From the NCBI RefSeq assembly GCF_009914755.1, contig NC_060941.1: a DNA stretch of 64,000 nucleotides; one strand, written 5' to 3'. The DNA comes from the human T2T-CHM13v2.0 reference genome, Homo sapiens. How positions within the stretch are numbered: the first letter of the stretch is position 1; each line of letters opens with the position of its first letter. The notes beneath the pieces were generated by a model, which saw nothing but the letters and a program-made list of their open reading frames with translations, was not told the DNA's origin and did no database searches. Made by a program: the position numbers and the translations under genes. Below, piece after piece: positions 1-11,545 of this stretch.

Positions 1-250
1 TCAGCCTCTTCAAGGTGAAGATAACAGGGATGAAGACCTTTATGGTGATCCCCTTCTGCTAAATGAATGCTAAATATATTTTCTCTTTCTTACCGTTTTC
101 TTAATAACATCTCCTTCTCTTTGGCTCGTTTATGATAAGAATACAGTATATAACACATATGCAAAATATGTGTTCATCAACTATTTATGTTATTGGTAAG
201 GCCTGCATCAATAACAGGCTATTAGTAGTTACATTGTTGTGGGCATCAAA
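1..250 (+). mobile_element. Tigger2a-like TcMar-Tigger DNA transposon fragment (runs off window start)
   Basis: gatgaagacctttat..gatcc..aatgaat..aaatatattttctct..taataacat..aagaatacagtatat..ggtaaggc..ggctattagtagtt matches the remembered Tigger2a consensus and is clearly homologous to the copy at 50612-51370. Confidence 0.75.
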
Positions 251-261
251 AAAAAAAAGAC

Positions 262-455
262 CTGGGGACTTCAGCATCACCGGCCTGAATTCAAATGCCA
301 CGCTGCCACTCAACGGCTCTGTGCCTTCGGCCACGTGGCCACCGGGTTAGTTTTGTCTCCTTCTCTGTTAGGCGAAACTGCAACAGTAGTTGTGAGGATG
401 AAATGATAAATGCAGCCCCTAGCCCAGGACTAGGCTCCCAGCGGGTGTTCCGGAA
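262..455 (+). mobile_element. MIR SINE (degenerate)
   Basis: ctgaattcaaatgcc..ctctgtgccttcggc..gttgtgaggatgaaatga core and tail of MIR. Confidence 0.55.
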
Positions 456-2142
456 TCCTAGCTTCCATGTCCCCTCGGCAAACTCCCATGGAATTCAGGA
501 AACACTGTTGGCTCTCTAAGGAGCATGTGGCCTGTCACCCTGGGTCCCACCTCTATTGGCCAGCAGCCCCATTTCCTGGGACTCTAGGTGCTGTTGGAAT
601 TTTGCAAGCGTAACGACCGACCACCCCTGTCCCCAAAGGGAGTATGGCAGAGGCTGGTTGGGGGGATTTAATTTGGACATAGCTCCGTTCCAGTTTGTCA
701 AACATGGCAGCTGCTGCCTTTGGCACGTGCGGTCCCAGCTGCTGGTCACTTGCCAAGGAAGCAGTGCCCTGGGCAGAAGGCAGCTTTGTGCTCCTGTCTC
801 CAGAGACAGCTGTGCGGTGACTGAACAAGGGGTTTCTTTCTCCCTTTGGGAAGGTACGTAACAGCCCCCCAAGAATTCATGCCCTGTCTTTATCAACAAG
901 AGGCCTTCCTCAGTGACTGGCGTGCCACTGGCTCAGCTCTCCAGCTCTGATGTTGGCCCCGGAGCGGCTGGTCTTGGCGTCACTATCTGGGCTCTGTGAG
1001 TCAGTTGGTTTGCAGGCTGCTGAACACCCTTCAGTGCTGGGGAGCCCCTATGCCACCTGGAGGGGGTGCCCAGGATGCCTGGGAAGCCAGTGCATCCCCT
1101 GTGTGTGAACAGCCAGGCTGGCAAATCGGAGACTGGGGGGCTTGAGCCACCGCGCCCAGCCAGGGTCATCGCAGCCACATTGTTGCAGATCTGGGATCTG
1201 AGCCCCTGCAGTGTGATCCCAGGCCTGTGCTTTAATCACGACACCACCCGCCTCCTTGTCCCACGCAGTTAGGATACCTGTTCCTCGTGAGCCAAACGTT
1301 TTCACAGCCACTGTGCCCTCTCCTGCCTCCTTTATTGACCGTGGTTGCAATAAATGGCCATGACAGAGACAAGGCCAGAGCATCCCGGAGGAGGGAAGGG
1401 AGCCCTCCCGGCTCAGGCGCTGTCCCACACAGGCCTGACAAACTGGGGTGCCTGGACTCTGGGGTGCCTGATGCAGAGCCCAGCCTGAGTCAGGAGGATG
1501 GGATTACAAGGCAGCTACGATGCAGGAGGGATGGTCTCGTCCACACTACAGCCTGTTCTTTCCTTCCAGAGTTCAGGCTCTCACCAACTGGCCTGGCCTA
1601 ACCACCCTGGGTTCCCAAGGGCTTCCTGGGGCCCTCATCCTAGACAAGGTCGCCGTCACCTCTCACCTGCCTAGCCAGGGCCTGGCCTGCTCATGACCTC
1701 TCCTTTGCATCTGCTGCCTGAAGCCAGCTGGCTAAAGTCTTGGATGTCAGCCTGTGACTCCATTCTGCAAATGGCTTTGGTCTGGAGTGCCCGATGCACT
1801 TACTTTCTCTGTTTTATTAGCCTAGGGAAGAAAAGGGGTTATCCTGGGACCATGGGTGGGTGCCGTATCGGCCAAGGGTTTCTTCAAGGTGGGATGGAGA
1901 CAGGAGCATGTTTGTAGGAAGAGGAGGACAGGAGGGTGTGAGAGAGGCAGCAAGGACGTTACCAAGATTCGCGGGGGAGAAGGCCTGATGGGGAGTTTCT
2001 AGAAGAGGCAGCTGGTGGTGTGGGAGCCCTGGGGAAACCGCAATGAGAACGAAGGGACCCTGCCCATCGCTGGTACTGAGAGCCATGTGGGGCAGAGGCT
2101 GCCCCTGGGGCCTTTCTTAGCTGAGAAAAGAAACCCCTCTGA

Positions 2143-2390
2143 TTCTCACCCCTCCCTTGTCCCTGTGGGGGCATCTCACCCCGATCCTAATGACTTACTG
2201 CAGCCTGGCTCGGCAATTCAGGTGCTCGTCAGTTCCCCCTCGGTGCACACAGGTGTGCGTGCCAGCCAGGTGTGGGCGCCTGTCCAGCTTCTCTTTGCAC
2301 CTGAAAGTCAGCACAAATGCTGTGGTCAAAATGGGAGCTGAGCTGGGGGTGGGGACAGAAAGGGAACTTTGCAAGCTGAGCAGGGCAGGT
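2143..2390 (+). repeat. Local direct duplication, copy A (partner 3863-4110)
   Basis: Shared blocks ctgcagcctggct, ggcaattc, aaagtcagcacaaa, tgcaagctgag; roughly 80% identity over ~250 bp by hand alignment. Confidence 0.9.
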
Positions 2391-3862
2391 GGTGGCGGGT
2401 TTCAGGGGCCGCCCAGGACAAGTCAAACCCCTCAGTGGTATGTGGTGGCACCAGGGGATCTCTGGGGAGCCACTTGCTGCTGAGGAGACTGTGAAGAGGG
2501 AGACACGCCCCCTCCAGAGCCTCCCAGCGTCAGACAAACAGCTCTCCCGAGCTCTGGGGAGGCTCCGACACAGCAGTGGCCAGTGTGTCCTCAGCAGGCC
2601 TCAGTTCCCGTGAAACCAGCAGGTGGGACTGAGGGCACCTGGACCCCTTCAGAGTCTGAACCGCCGTGACCCTGTGGCCTGCCGCCGCTCCTGGCTTACC
2701 CTCGTGTTTCTAGAACGTCCTCTGTGCCTCCGAAGGCAACACCAGGTGCCGAGAACCACGTGTTGATGGTGTTGCAGGGCCCGCGTGTCCCTGACATGGC
2801 CTCGCACCTCAGAAACGCTCGTGCTAAGGTGCAGAAATGGCACAGAAATGGAAAATGAGGAGCCGGGGGTCTGTGAGGCTCTTGATGCAGATACAGAAAG
2901 CTCCTCTGGCTGAAGTAGGAGAAGGAGGTTGGAGGGAAGGCTATGGAGAAGGGAGAGGTCCTCCCAAGATGAGGAAGTGTGGGGAGCCGTCCTGCAGCCA
3001 TGGCCTCATGCTCACTGGCTTGTTCGGCAACTCCCTGAATGACTTTGCCCAATTCCTGTCCATCTTGAGTCACTTCCTCAGGGGTCGGTGTCCCAGGAGA
3101 TCATCAGATTGGCTGAGCTCAGGACACGTCTGCCCCTCTGGAGGTCCTAGGGCAAGGAACGAAGTGCTGGTCTCTTTGTCTTCTGTGATGGGAAGGGCAC
3201 CTGGCTTCACACTCCTCTAAGCATCATGCCAATCGGAGGGGAGACACCCCGAGAAGAAAGCAGGGTCTCCTTGCAGGCATGAGGTGCCCCCATGACCATC
3301 AAGCCCCATGACCACTTAGTGAGCATCAGTGAAAGGCTTGAGCAGGCAAGGAGATGCCGCCTGAAGACCCCAGTGGAGTGCAGAGCTCTGGGTGGGGAGG
3401 GGGTGCTTGTGGAGAATGCCAAGCCCCAAGCAGAATGGATGGGGCAGGCCCCTCCCAGAGCAGCATTCCAGCTATTTCTGCAGACCATGTGTCCTATTTA
3501 GACAGTTAGACAGTGGTCCCCACACTAAGTGCTAATCTCCGCCTCACAAAACTTCTCCAAGGGAATCAGCTTAACTGAATGTCCCCAGACACTGTTCCCA
3601 TGAAGCCAGTCGGAGTATGTTTGTGTGGCTTTCTTTGATCCGTCTGAGTTGGGAAACTTCTAGGGAAAAGGGAAAGGTCCTCTCCAAAAATCTCCATTCC
3701 CTCATCAGTCCTTATTTTAGTCAAGAAACCTCAATTTCACATATTTATATTCTTGGGGGCTGTGGTTTTTCCTCTTAAAAATTGAGCTGTTCCACTGCCT
3801 CTTTGCATAGCCAGACACACAGGGAGGCGGCCGATGCTCCAAGAGCCCAGAGCAGAGAAGAT

Positions 3863-4110
3863 TTCTCACACCCTCCCATTGTCCTTGTGGGGGCACCTCA
3901 CCCCCGATCCTAACAACATCCTGCAGCCTGGCTTGGCAATTCCAGCACTGCTCAGCTCTCCCTCCGTGCACAGAGGTGTGTGTGCAGGTGGGGAGCAGGC
4001 ACCCGCCCAGCTTCACTCTGCACCTCAAAGTCAGCACAAACGTTGCTGTCAAAAGGGGAGCTCAGGCCCTGGGGGGACAAAGAGAAACCTGCAAGCTGAG
4101 TGGGGCAGGT
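3863..4110 (+). repeat. Local direct duplication, copy B (partner 2143-2390)
   Basis: Same alignment; the ORF track also shows paired peptides (LWGHLTP.., HLKVSTN.., CKLS.AG). Confidence 0.9.
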
Positions 4111-4429
4111 TTGGGGGGCTTGGAGGCACAGACTTCTATGGCTCATCCCAAGGGGGCTGAAAACCAAGAGGAGCTTGGCCCTGCACAGGAGCTTTCCTCA
4201 AAGCCAGGCCCATCTTCCATGCCCTACACCCCTCAATCCCCAATTGATTGCTAGTGCTTGAGGCTGGGCTGGAGGGGCCCTGGCCCCCTCTTTGCATGTT
4301 CCCTGGCTGATTCCCACCCAGAAGCAGGGTCTCTGCATCTCAGTGTCCTCCTCCTTCCTCTAGATCCTAGACTGGAACCTCCTTGGTCATGGGGGAATCG
4401 GGGTCTAAGGAGTCTGCGGGGGGAAGTAC

Positions 4430-4545
4430 TGTCCCGCCGCCCCACCCCGTCCCACTCCCCCCGCCCTTCTCCTTGCCCTTTCTGTTGCTATTGCCTGCGT
4501 TGGTTTGCATGCCGTTTTGCTTGTGGTCTCCATAGCAACAACTAC
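4430..4545. promoter_or_regulatory. Candidate promoter/enhancer with RFX X-box and GC boxes
   Basis: GTCTCCATAGCAAC at 4526-4539 is close to the X-box consensus GTTNCCATRGYAAC. There is an extra half-site GTTGCTA at 4484 and a CCCCGCCC GC box at ~4459. Motif evidence only. Confidence 0.4.
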
Positions 4546-4933
4546 CAAATGGCCTATGGATAATAGGGGGACTCTCGGGGTGGGAGGGGATCCCGATGAG
4601 GCATTTGACTTTAAAAAATGGAAACGGTGATTCTGCCGCAGGCCTGGCACGGATGGTCACCCTTCTCTGCCCATCATCACTCAAGCCCCTCAGTCCCCCT
4701 CACCCAAGGGCCTGCCTCCACCTTGGCTGGGGGAGGGCAGGGAGGCCGCAACCTGCAAGAACAATGGAAAGGCCGGAGGGAAGCTGAGGGGCCAGAGAGG
4801 GACAGGAGCATGGAGGGCAGCCAGGAGCCTCTGCAACTATCTCCATCTCATGGTAAAAATCTCTAGTCAGAGTCTTCTCTGTTGTCCAGCTTCGTTTCGT
4901 GTCTCACCACTTCCTTCCACCCTTCCCAGAATC

Positions 4934-4938
<5 letters not shown>

Positions 4939-5018
<80 letters not shown>
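4939..5018 (+). repeat. Compound microsatellite (CT)16(CA)24
   Basis: Read directly. Confidence 0.97.
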
Positions 5019-5021
<3 letters not shown>

Positions 5022-5620
5022 GCGTTGCTTCATGTCTTGGGGCCTGGCTTCTAGGTCCAATGTCCTGGGAAATAAGTCTCTAATTGTTTCCATGTGTCCC
5101 GCCCTGAGCTGTTTACAACAGGCATTCATAGCCCTGGACCTCGAGCCCTGGTGAGGCCACAGGGTCAGCACAGGGATGGTTCCCATTTGAAGATGACCAA
5201 ACTGATGTGAAGGGCAGAGGGAGGGACCCAGGCCTCCCCCAGCCCCGAGTGTCTTCCACAGTGAGCTGGAAACCTGTTCTCAAGTCTAAATATTTTACAT
5301 TTTATCTGGACTAGACTTTCCCCATTTTATTTATTTTCAAAGCATTTTCCCAGATAGTGTCTCTTGTCTATTCCCACGGCTCCGTGAGTTCAGGAGATCG
5401 ACCCTGGACGGGGCTCCTGCCCACGCCTCGGACTCTGCAATCCTTGGCAGCGACAACCGGAGAGCATGGTGAGAGTGTGGTGGGGAGAATATGCCATAAA
5501 AAACAGAAGACAGAAACCAAACACATTGCCTGGGGAGCAGGAACAAACCCCGATCGTTCCCTCAACAGATGAAACATCTGAAGCCCAGAGAGCTTAGGCA
5601 GTTTTCCTGAGCATGTCTGG

Positions 5621-5645
5621 ACACACACACACACACACACACACA
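5621..5645 (+). repeat. (AC)12 microsatellite
   Basis: Read directly. Confidence 0.95.
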
Positions 5646-5884
5646 GAGCTTCCATTAGCAACAGATGTCACAAAAGGACAGGCGCCACCTGACGATAATC
5701 TTTCTACTCACCACTGTCCCCTGTAGGAAGGATTCTCCAGGCTTTTCACAGTCAGGCTAGTTGTTAAAATGTTTACATTCATGGGGTGGGAGAAGACCTG
5801 GTCAGGTTTCAAGGTGCGGGCAGAGTGGGCCTACCCATCAAGAGTGGTACACAGCGTGCTGAATGAAGCCCAGCTGGGCTTAGG

Positions 5885-6068
5885 TTAGGGCAGGGGAAGC
5901 CCAGACCCAGCCCTCTGCCTGTTTTGTAAATGGCATCATTGGAGCACAGCCATGCCCATTTGTTTGTGTACAGTACACTGCTGCTTGCAAGCTGCAACAG
6001 CAGTGTGGCTCACAAAGCCTACAAGATTTACTATCTGTCCCTTTAAGACAAAGTTTGCTGACCCCTTG
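5885..6068. mobile_element. MER58A-like hAT-Charlie MITE
   Basis: tgcctgttttgtaaat..cacagccatgcccatttgttt..tttactatctg.cccttta..aaagtttgctgacccct. Confidence 0.75.
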
Positions 6069-6174
6069 TTTAAGGGATTAATCCCAAGAATGTTCTCAGG
6101 TTCATTTTTTTTCTTTCCCATGCAACAGAGTCATATGGTCATCCAATTCCTATCTGTCAATCACTATTGTAAGG

Positions 6175-6670
6175 GAACCATTTATTTAAGGACAGTTGAT
6201 TGAACCCCTGTTATGTGTTAAGCACCCGAACAACCCAAAACACACATAGAAGGAACACGACGTCCCTCAAGGGGCTCACAAAATCCCAAGTGATGGTAGC
6301 CAAACACAGGCACAGGGTACAACAAGGACGATGGTGACTGATCCAGCGTAGGCTGGGGCTGCAGTGGTAAAGGTGGAGAAAGGCTGGAGAAGTTAGGGAC
6401 TGTTTTCTGCTGAAGGAGACAACTTACTAAGTTTTAAAGAGCCACTAGCTCATGTCAGAGAAGGATCTGAAGCCATATGATTTGGAAAGAACATGAGTGC
6501 ATTCGGTTTTGGGTATGTGGAGTTTGGGGTGCTGGTGACATACCCGGGTGGAGATGATTCAAATGTTTTGTTATGTGTAGGGGTCCAGAATTCAGGAGAG
6601 AGAGAATCTGGGCTGGAGATGTAGAGTTAGGGGTATATAGTTGGTGTGGTAGGGATGCTGCCTTCTTGGT
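6175..6670 (-). mobile_element. L2 LINE fragments
   Basis: catttattta..cacc tail and ttcggttttgggtatgtggagtttg..ggtggagatg..aattcaggagaga..tctgggctggagatgtagag are typical antisense L2 3' sequence. Confidence 0.6.
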
Positions 6671-6819
6671 GATAAAAGCCTTAACCAAGAGGTAGAAATA
6701 ATTTTCTCTTCCTGTGAGCAATTCTAACAGCTTGCCTTTACTGCTCTAAAGATATTATGGCACTTTGCATTTCAATTTGTATGTAGTTGGTATCTCTCTC
6801 CATTGAACTGTAAACAACA

Positions 6820-8644
6820 GAGACTTTGGCCATGATGGAGTAAGCATTTATTATTCCACCCTAAATAACTAAAAATAGACCAACTATATACAACAATTTT
6901 CAGACATTGGACCGCAGGTGTCACAGAAGTGTAATCTCTGACAGAGGAGAAGCAAATGAGGTGAGACCCACAAGTGCCCCAGCTGACAACCTGGAGAGAG
7001 TTTCCACGCCACCATACAGGTAAGTGGAAACCACACAGTGTTCAGTGGCTTCACTGAATTAAGGAGATAGTGTTTAGGGTGTGGGGAGGCCAAGGCAGCT
7101 AACATTTGTAGGGCAGAGCCCTGGAGAGGAGAGAGCTGCACACAGAAAGAGAGGACTCTAGAGATCTGCAGACGACTCACTTAAGGCCTTCGGCTGAATA
7201 TTGATCAGTGCATGCATATGAGAAAATTACTAAGGCTGTGGAAAAGGAAAGTAGCAGATAGAAGAACCCCAGGAGCTCACAAAGGCTGGAGAATATCTTA
7301 CATGCCCAACAGCCAGTGGAAAGACCTCCTCACCCAGGAAATACCAAGCAGAGTCCTCAGAAAGGCATTGCTTCAGAAGAGGGACTAAATTAGCCCTAGA
7401 CTAAAGGTTGTTCTAAACGTGTGAAACAAAGCTTAAAAGTAATACTTGAAGAAAAATCAGATTGTTTCCAAGTAACTTAACTATGAACTAGAAAAAGAGT
7501 ACGAATATATTTAAAGGAATAATTAGAGGAATTAACAATGTCTGGCATCCAATTAAAAATTAGCAGACATGCAAAGAAGCAGGAACTAGGCTCTACAGCC
7601 AGAAGAAAAGCAGTTCATAGAAACAAACCAGTAAATGACAAAGATCATAAGTTTAGTACACAAGGGCCTTAAAGCAACTATTATAAAAATAATGTATATG
7701 TTCAAGAAAGTAGAGGTAAACATAAACATGATGAGAGAAATAGAAGATAACATATATATTTTAAATCTAAATAAAACTTTTAAAAGTAAAAAGAAAACTG
7801 AGATGAAAAATATTGTGGATGGGATCAACAACAGATTAGACACAGAAGAAGAAGGAATAGTTAAATTGAAGACATAAGAATAGAAACAATTCAAAAGGAA
7901 CTTTAGGGAGAAAAATAATTGAAAAAATAAACAAAACATTAGTGAAGTGCAGGACAACATCAAACAATGTAATGTATGTATAGTTAACATCCCAGAAGGA
8001 GCAGAGAGAGAGAGAAAAGGACAGAAGAAAATTAATGACAAAAAATTTAATATGTGATGAAATCAATAAACCACAGATCCAAGAAAATCAATGAAGCTCA
8101 AGACAAGAAAACATGAAGAAAACCACACCAAGCCACCACATAATCAAATCATGAATAACCAGTAATAAAGAAAAAAACCTTGAAAGCAGCCAAAGAAAAA
8201 AGGATGGATAAATAAATTATGTTTATCTAATAATAAATACACAGGAAAAATATAAAAATGACAGCAGACTTCTCATCAGAAACAACACAAATCATAAGAC
8301 ATTGGAGCTAAAGTTCAGAAAGGGTGAGCAAATATCAATTTAAAACAATACCTTGTGAAAATAGCTTTTTAAATGAAGGTAAAATGGAGAATTTTCCAGG
8401 CATAAACAGAAATAATTTATTACCAGCAAACAAGCACCATACAAATTTTTTAAGGAAGTCCTTCAGGTAGAAGGAAAATGATATCAGATGGAAATTTATA
8501 TCTACACAAAGGAATCAAAGATATCAGAAATGGAAAATATTTGCAAAATATAAAAATAACAATTTTCTTATGTTTTAAATCTCTTTAAAAGATAACCAAG
8601 ACAAAAATAACAACAATAACAAGATATTGGAGTTTATCACATAC
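6820..8644 (+). mobile_element. Old L1M LINE: 5' region plus decayed ORF1
   Basis: A-rich sense strand. ORF relic 7635-7877 (KTEMKNIVDGINNRLDTEEE) resembles the L1 ORF1p coiled coil. Also aaaccacaccaag..cataatcaaa and acagcagacttctcatcagaaac. Confidence 0.85.
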
Positions 8645-9930
8645 TTTTGAGATTCATACATGCTGTTTCACATATCAACAGTTTGCTATTTTTATTGCTG
8701 AGTAATATTCCAATCTGTGAATATACCATAATTTGTTTATCCATTCACTAGTTGATGGAAGCTTTAGATGTTTCCAGTTTGCAGCTGTAATGAACAAAGC
8801 TGCTGTAAATATTCACATACAGTTTTATGGGGGCATATGCTTTCATTCCTCTTGGGTAAAAACTGGGGAGTAAAACTGCTGGGTTGTATGATAAGCGTAT
8901 GTTAACTTTTTAAGAAACTGCCAAACTGCACCATGGAATGTCTGCACCATTTTGCATTCTCCCCAGAAGTACATGAGAGTTCCAGTTGCTCCACATTAAC
9001 ACCAAAACTTGGTATTCCCAGGCCTAGCACAGTGGCTCATGTCTGTAATCCCAGCACTTTGGGAGGCCGAGGTGGACCGATTACTTGAGGTCAGGAGTTT
9101 GAGACCAGCTTAGCCAACATGGTGAAACCCCATCTCTACTAAAAATACGAAAAATTAGCCAGGTATGATTGTCCATGCCTGTAATCCCTGCTACTCAGAA
9201 GGCTGAGGCATGAAAATTGCTTGAGGCTGGGAGGCGGAGGTTGCAGTGAGCCAGGATCGCACCATTGCACTCCAGCCCAGGCAACAGAGGGAAACGGTCT
9301 CAAAAAACAAAAACAAAAAAAACTTGGTATTACCAGTCTTTTGAACTTCAGTTGCTTTAATGCACATATGAATTTTGTATATGTGTTTTAATGTTCTTGC
9401 TTCACTGTGGCTTTAATGTGCATTTCCCCAATAACTAGGGATGTTGAGCATCATTTCATGTGCTTGCCATTCATATATCTTCTGTGGTCAAGAATCTGCT
9501 TAAATCTTTCCCCCATTCATGGGGTAGGGTGTTAACTGCTTTATCGTTGAGTTATAAGAGTTCTTTGTACATTCTGAGCACAAATCATTTATCAGAGATA
9601 TGTTTTTCAAATGTTTCCCTCCAGTCTGTGTTTGTCTTTTCACAGTGAGGGGCAAAATTTTCAGTTTTGTTAAAATATGACTGATCAATTTTTTCCTTTT
9701 GTAGTTTGTGCTTTATGTGTCCCATCTTTGCCTAAGCCAAGGTTACTAAGATTTTCTTCCTATGTTTTCTTCTAAAATTTGTATATCTTTAGCACTTATA
9801 TTTAGATTTAAAAATCCATTTCAAGCTTTTGTATATAAGGTGAGTTAGGAATTGAGGCTTTAAAAAAATATGGTTATCCAGTTGATTCAGAACTATTTGG
9901 TGAAAAGACTATATTGAATTTATTTGGCAT
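8645..9930 (-). mobile_element. L1M (MB/MC-like) 3' fragment, antisense, nested in the older sense L1
   Basis: ttttgagattcat.catg..ttgctgagtaatattcc..tttaagaaactgccaaactg..gatgttgagcatc.tttcatgtgctt; interrupted by Alu 9021-9322. Confidence 0.85.
9021..9322 (+). mobile_element. AluS
   Basis: Full dimer. TSD aaaacttggtatt(c/a)cca at 9004-9020 and 9319-9335. Confidence 0.95.
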
Positions 9931-10322
9931 GTATGTATTAATAGAAGTAAAATATATGACAATAGCACAAATGCTAGGAGAGGGAGAACTGAAAAGACAT
10001 TGCTTTAGGGTTCTTAAATCATACACAAAGCAGCATAACATTATTTGAAGGTAGACTTCGATTAAAAGGTGTGTTATGTAAACTTAAAAGCAATGATTTT
10101 TTTAATAAGGTATAGTTAATAAGGCAACAGAGAAGATTACATGGAATCATAAAAAATACCAAATCTGTCAAAACAAGGCAGAAATGAAAGGAAAAGAAAA
10201 CAAAGAACAGATGGGACAAATATAAAACAAATAGCAAGATGGGCAGATTTAAACCCAACCATAGTAATAGTCACATTAAACGTGAATAACCTAAACACCT
10301 CAGTTAAAAGGCAGAGATTGTT
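9931..10322 (+). mobile_element. Continuation of the sense L1M (inter-ORF region and start of ORF2)
   Basis: agaagtaaaatatatgacaatagcaca..; cacattaaacgtgaataacctaaacacctcagttaaaaggcagagattg resembles the ORF2 endonuclease N-terminus (TLNVNGLN.P.KR). Confidence 0.8.
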
Positions 10323-10434
10323 CTGCGAGGGTGGGAGTAGAGAAACACTGTATCATTCAATCCCTGGTAACCAAAATTCAACAAGAGACATGGTAAGGTC
10401 AAGATATAATGTTTAAGAAATTATCTGTGTCATA

Positions 10435-10510
10435 CTGGTGGGACAGCCACATCAAATCTAGTCCTAAATCCCCTGGTGGAACAGCCACATCAAATCTAGT
10501 CCTGAGTCCC
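10435..10510 (+). repeat. 38-bp tandem duplication
   Basis: ctggtgg(g/a)acagccacatcaaatctagtcct(aaa/gag)tccc x2. Confidence 0.9.
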
Positions 10511-11346
10511 TTGGCAGCAGAGATACAGCAAGCTAAATAACCACCTCCACCTTCCCACCATCTTTTCCCCAGAAAGCAGGGAAGAGAAACCTTGTCTTCA
10601 GATTCCCAAATGATTAACTGGGGAGAGAAGGGGGTCTGTGGTCAGTAGGTGAGACTCTATCTGCAGACTTTCCATGAAAATACTTGATAGAGGTTAAGTT
10701 GGAGAGAGGGGAATGTTAAATTGGAAATTCAAAGTTGGTCTTTCTGTAGCTCAAGCCATGACACGAACCCAAACAATGTTCATAATGATTCTCTCAGTAA
10801 CCATATAAGAAGAATGACTGTATCACCCAGCAAAGCAGACCCTGGAAACAATTCTTTTTTTAATCTAGTACTCAAACGAAAGGTAGATGAATTCAGATTT
10901 TTGTAGCAGTCCATCTTTGAACTCCAGGTTGGTCAAATTGCCTTTCTCTGAGCTTCCCCAGCTTTCTCTGCTCTGCTCCACACCCAGCACCACATACACT
11001 ACCTTGAGGTGATTTTGACATCATACTTGTGCACATCTGAGCTCCATGCTCTGTGACACGGGGGATGGTCTTACTCAGAACAGCAACCCCAGGGCTTTGA
11101 CCAGAGCCTGACACATGCATGGCAGAGGCTCAGTAAATATCCCTTGACTGATTGACACCCTCAATGTAGGGTTTGTGTTCGTTTCTCTTCCTGGGGCTCA
11201 ATAAGAATAATGCATGTGGATTTAGGCTGCAGCCAAAACAATGGAAGTAGAACGTTAGGGTGATCATTGCAGCAAAAGTTGTTTGGTCTTTGTTTTTTGT
11301 TTTGTTTCATTTTTGAAGCACGGGGCCAGTTGCTGAAGACAAGAGC

Positions 11347-11545
11347 AGCCCTGATCAACAGAACATTCTGCAATGATGGCAACACCCTACCCGCACCATC
11401 CAGGGTGGCAACCACCAGCCACTGGTGGCTGCTGAGCACTTGAGATGGCAAACGAGGAACTGAATTTTACATTTTCTTTCATTTCATCTCATTTAGGCTT
11501 AAATAGCTGCATGTGACTAGTGGTTTCTGCACTGGATGGCACAGC
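11347..11545. mobile_element. MER3 hAT-Charlie MITE
   Basis: caacagaacattctgcaatgatgg..ccactggtggctgctgagcacttgagatg..aactgaattttacatttt..catgtgactagtgg. Confidence 0.75.

Noticed and set aside
7586-8066. Hydrophobic membrane-protein-like ORFs on the minus strand
   Set aside because: Antisense reading of A-rich L1 ORF1 sequence.
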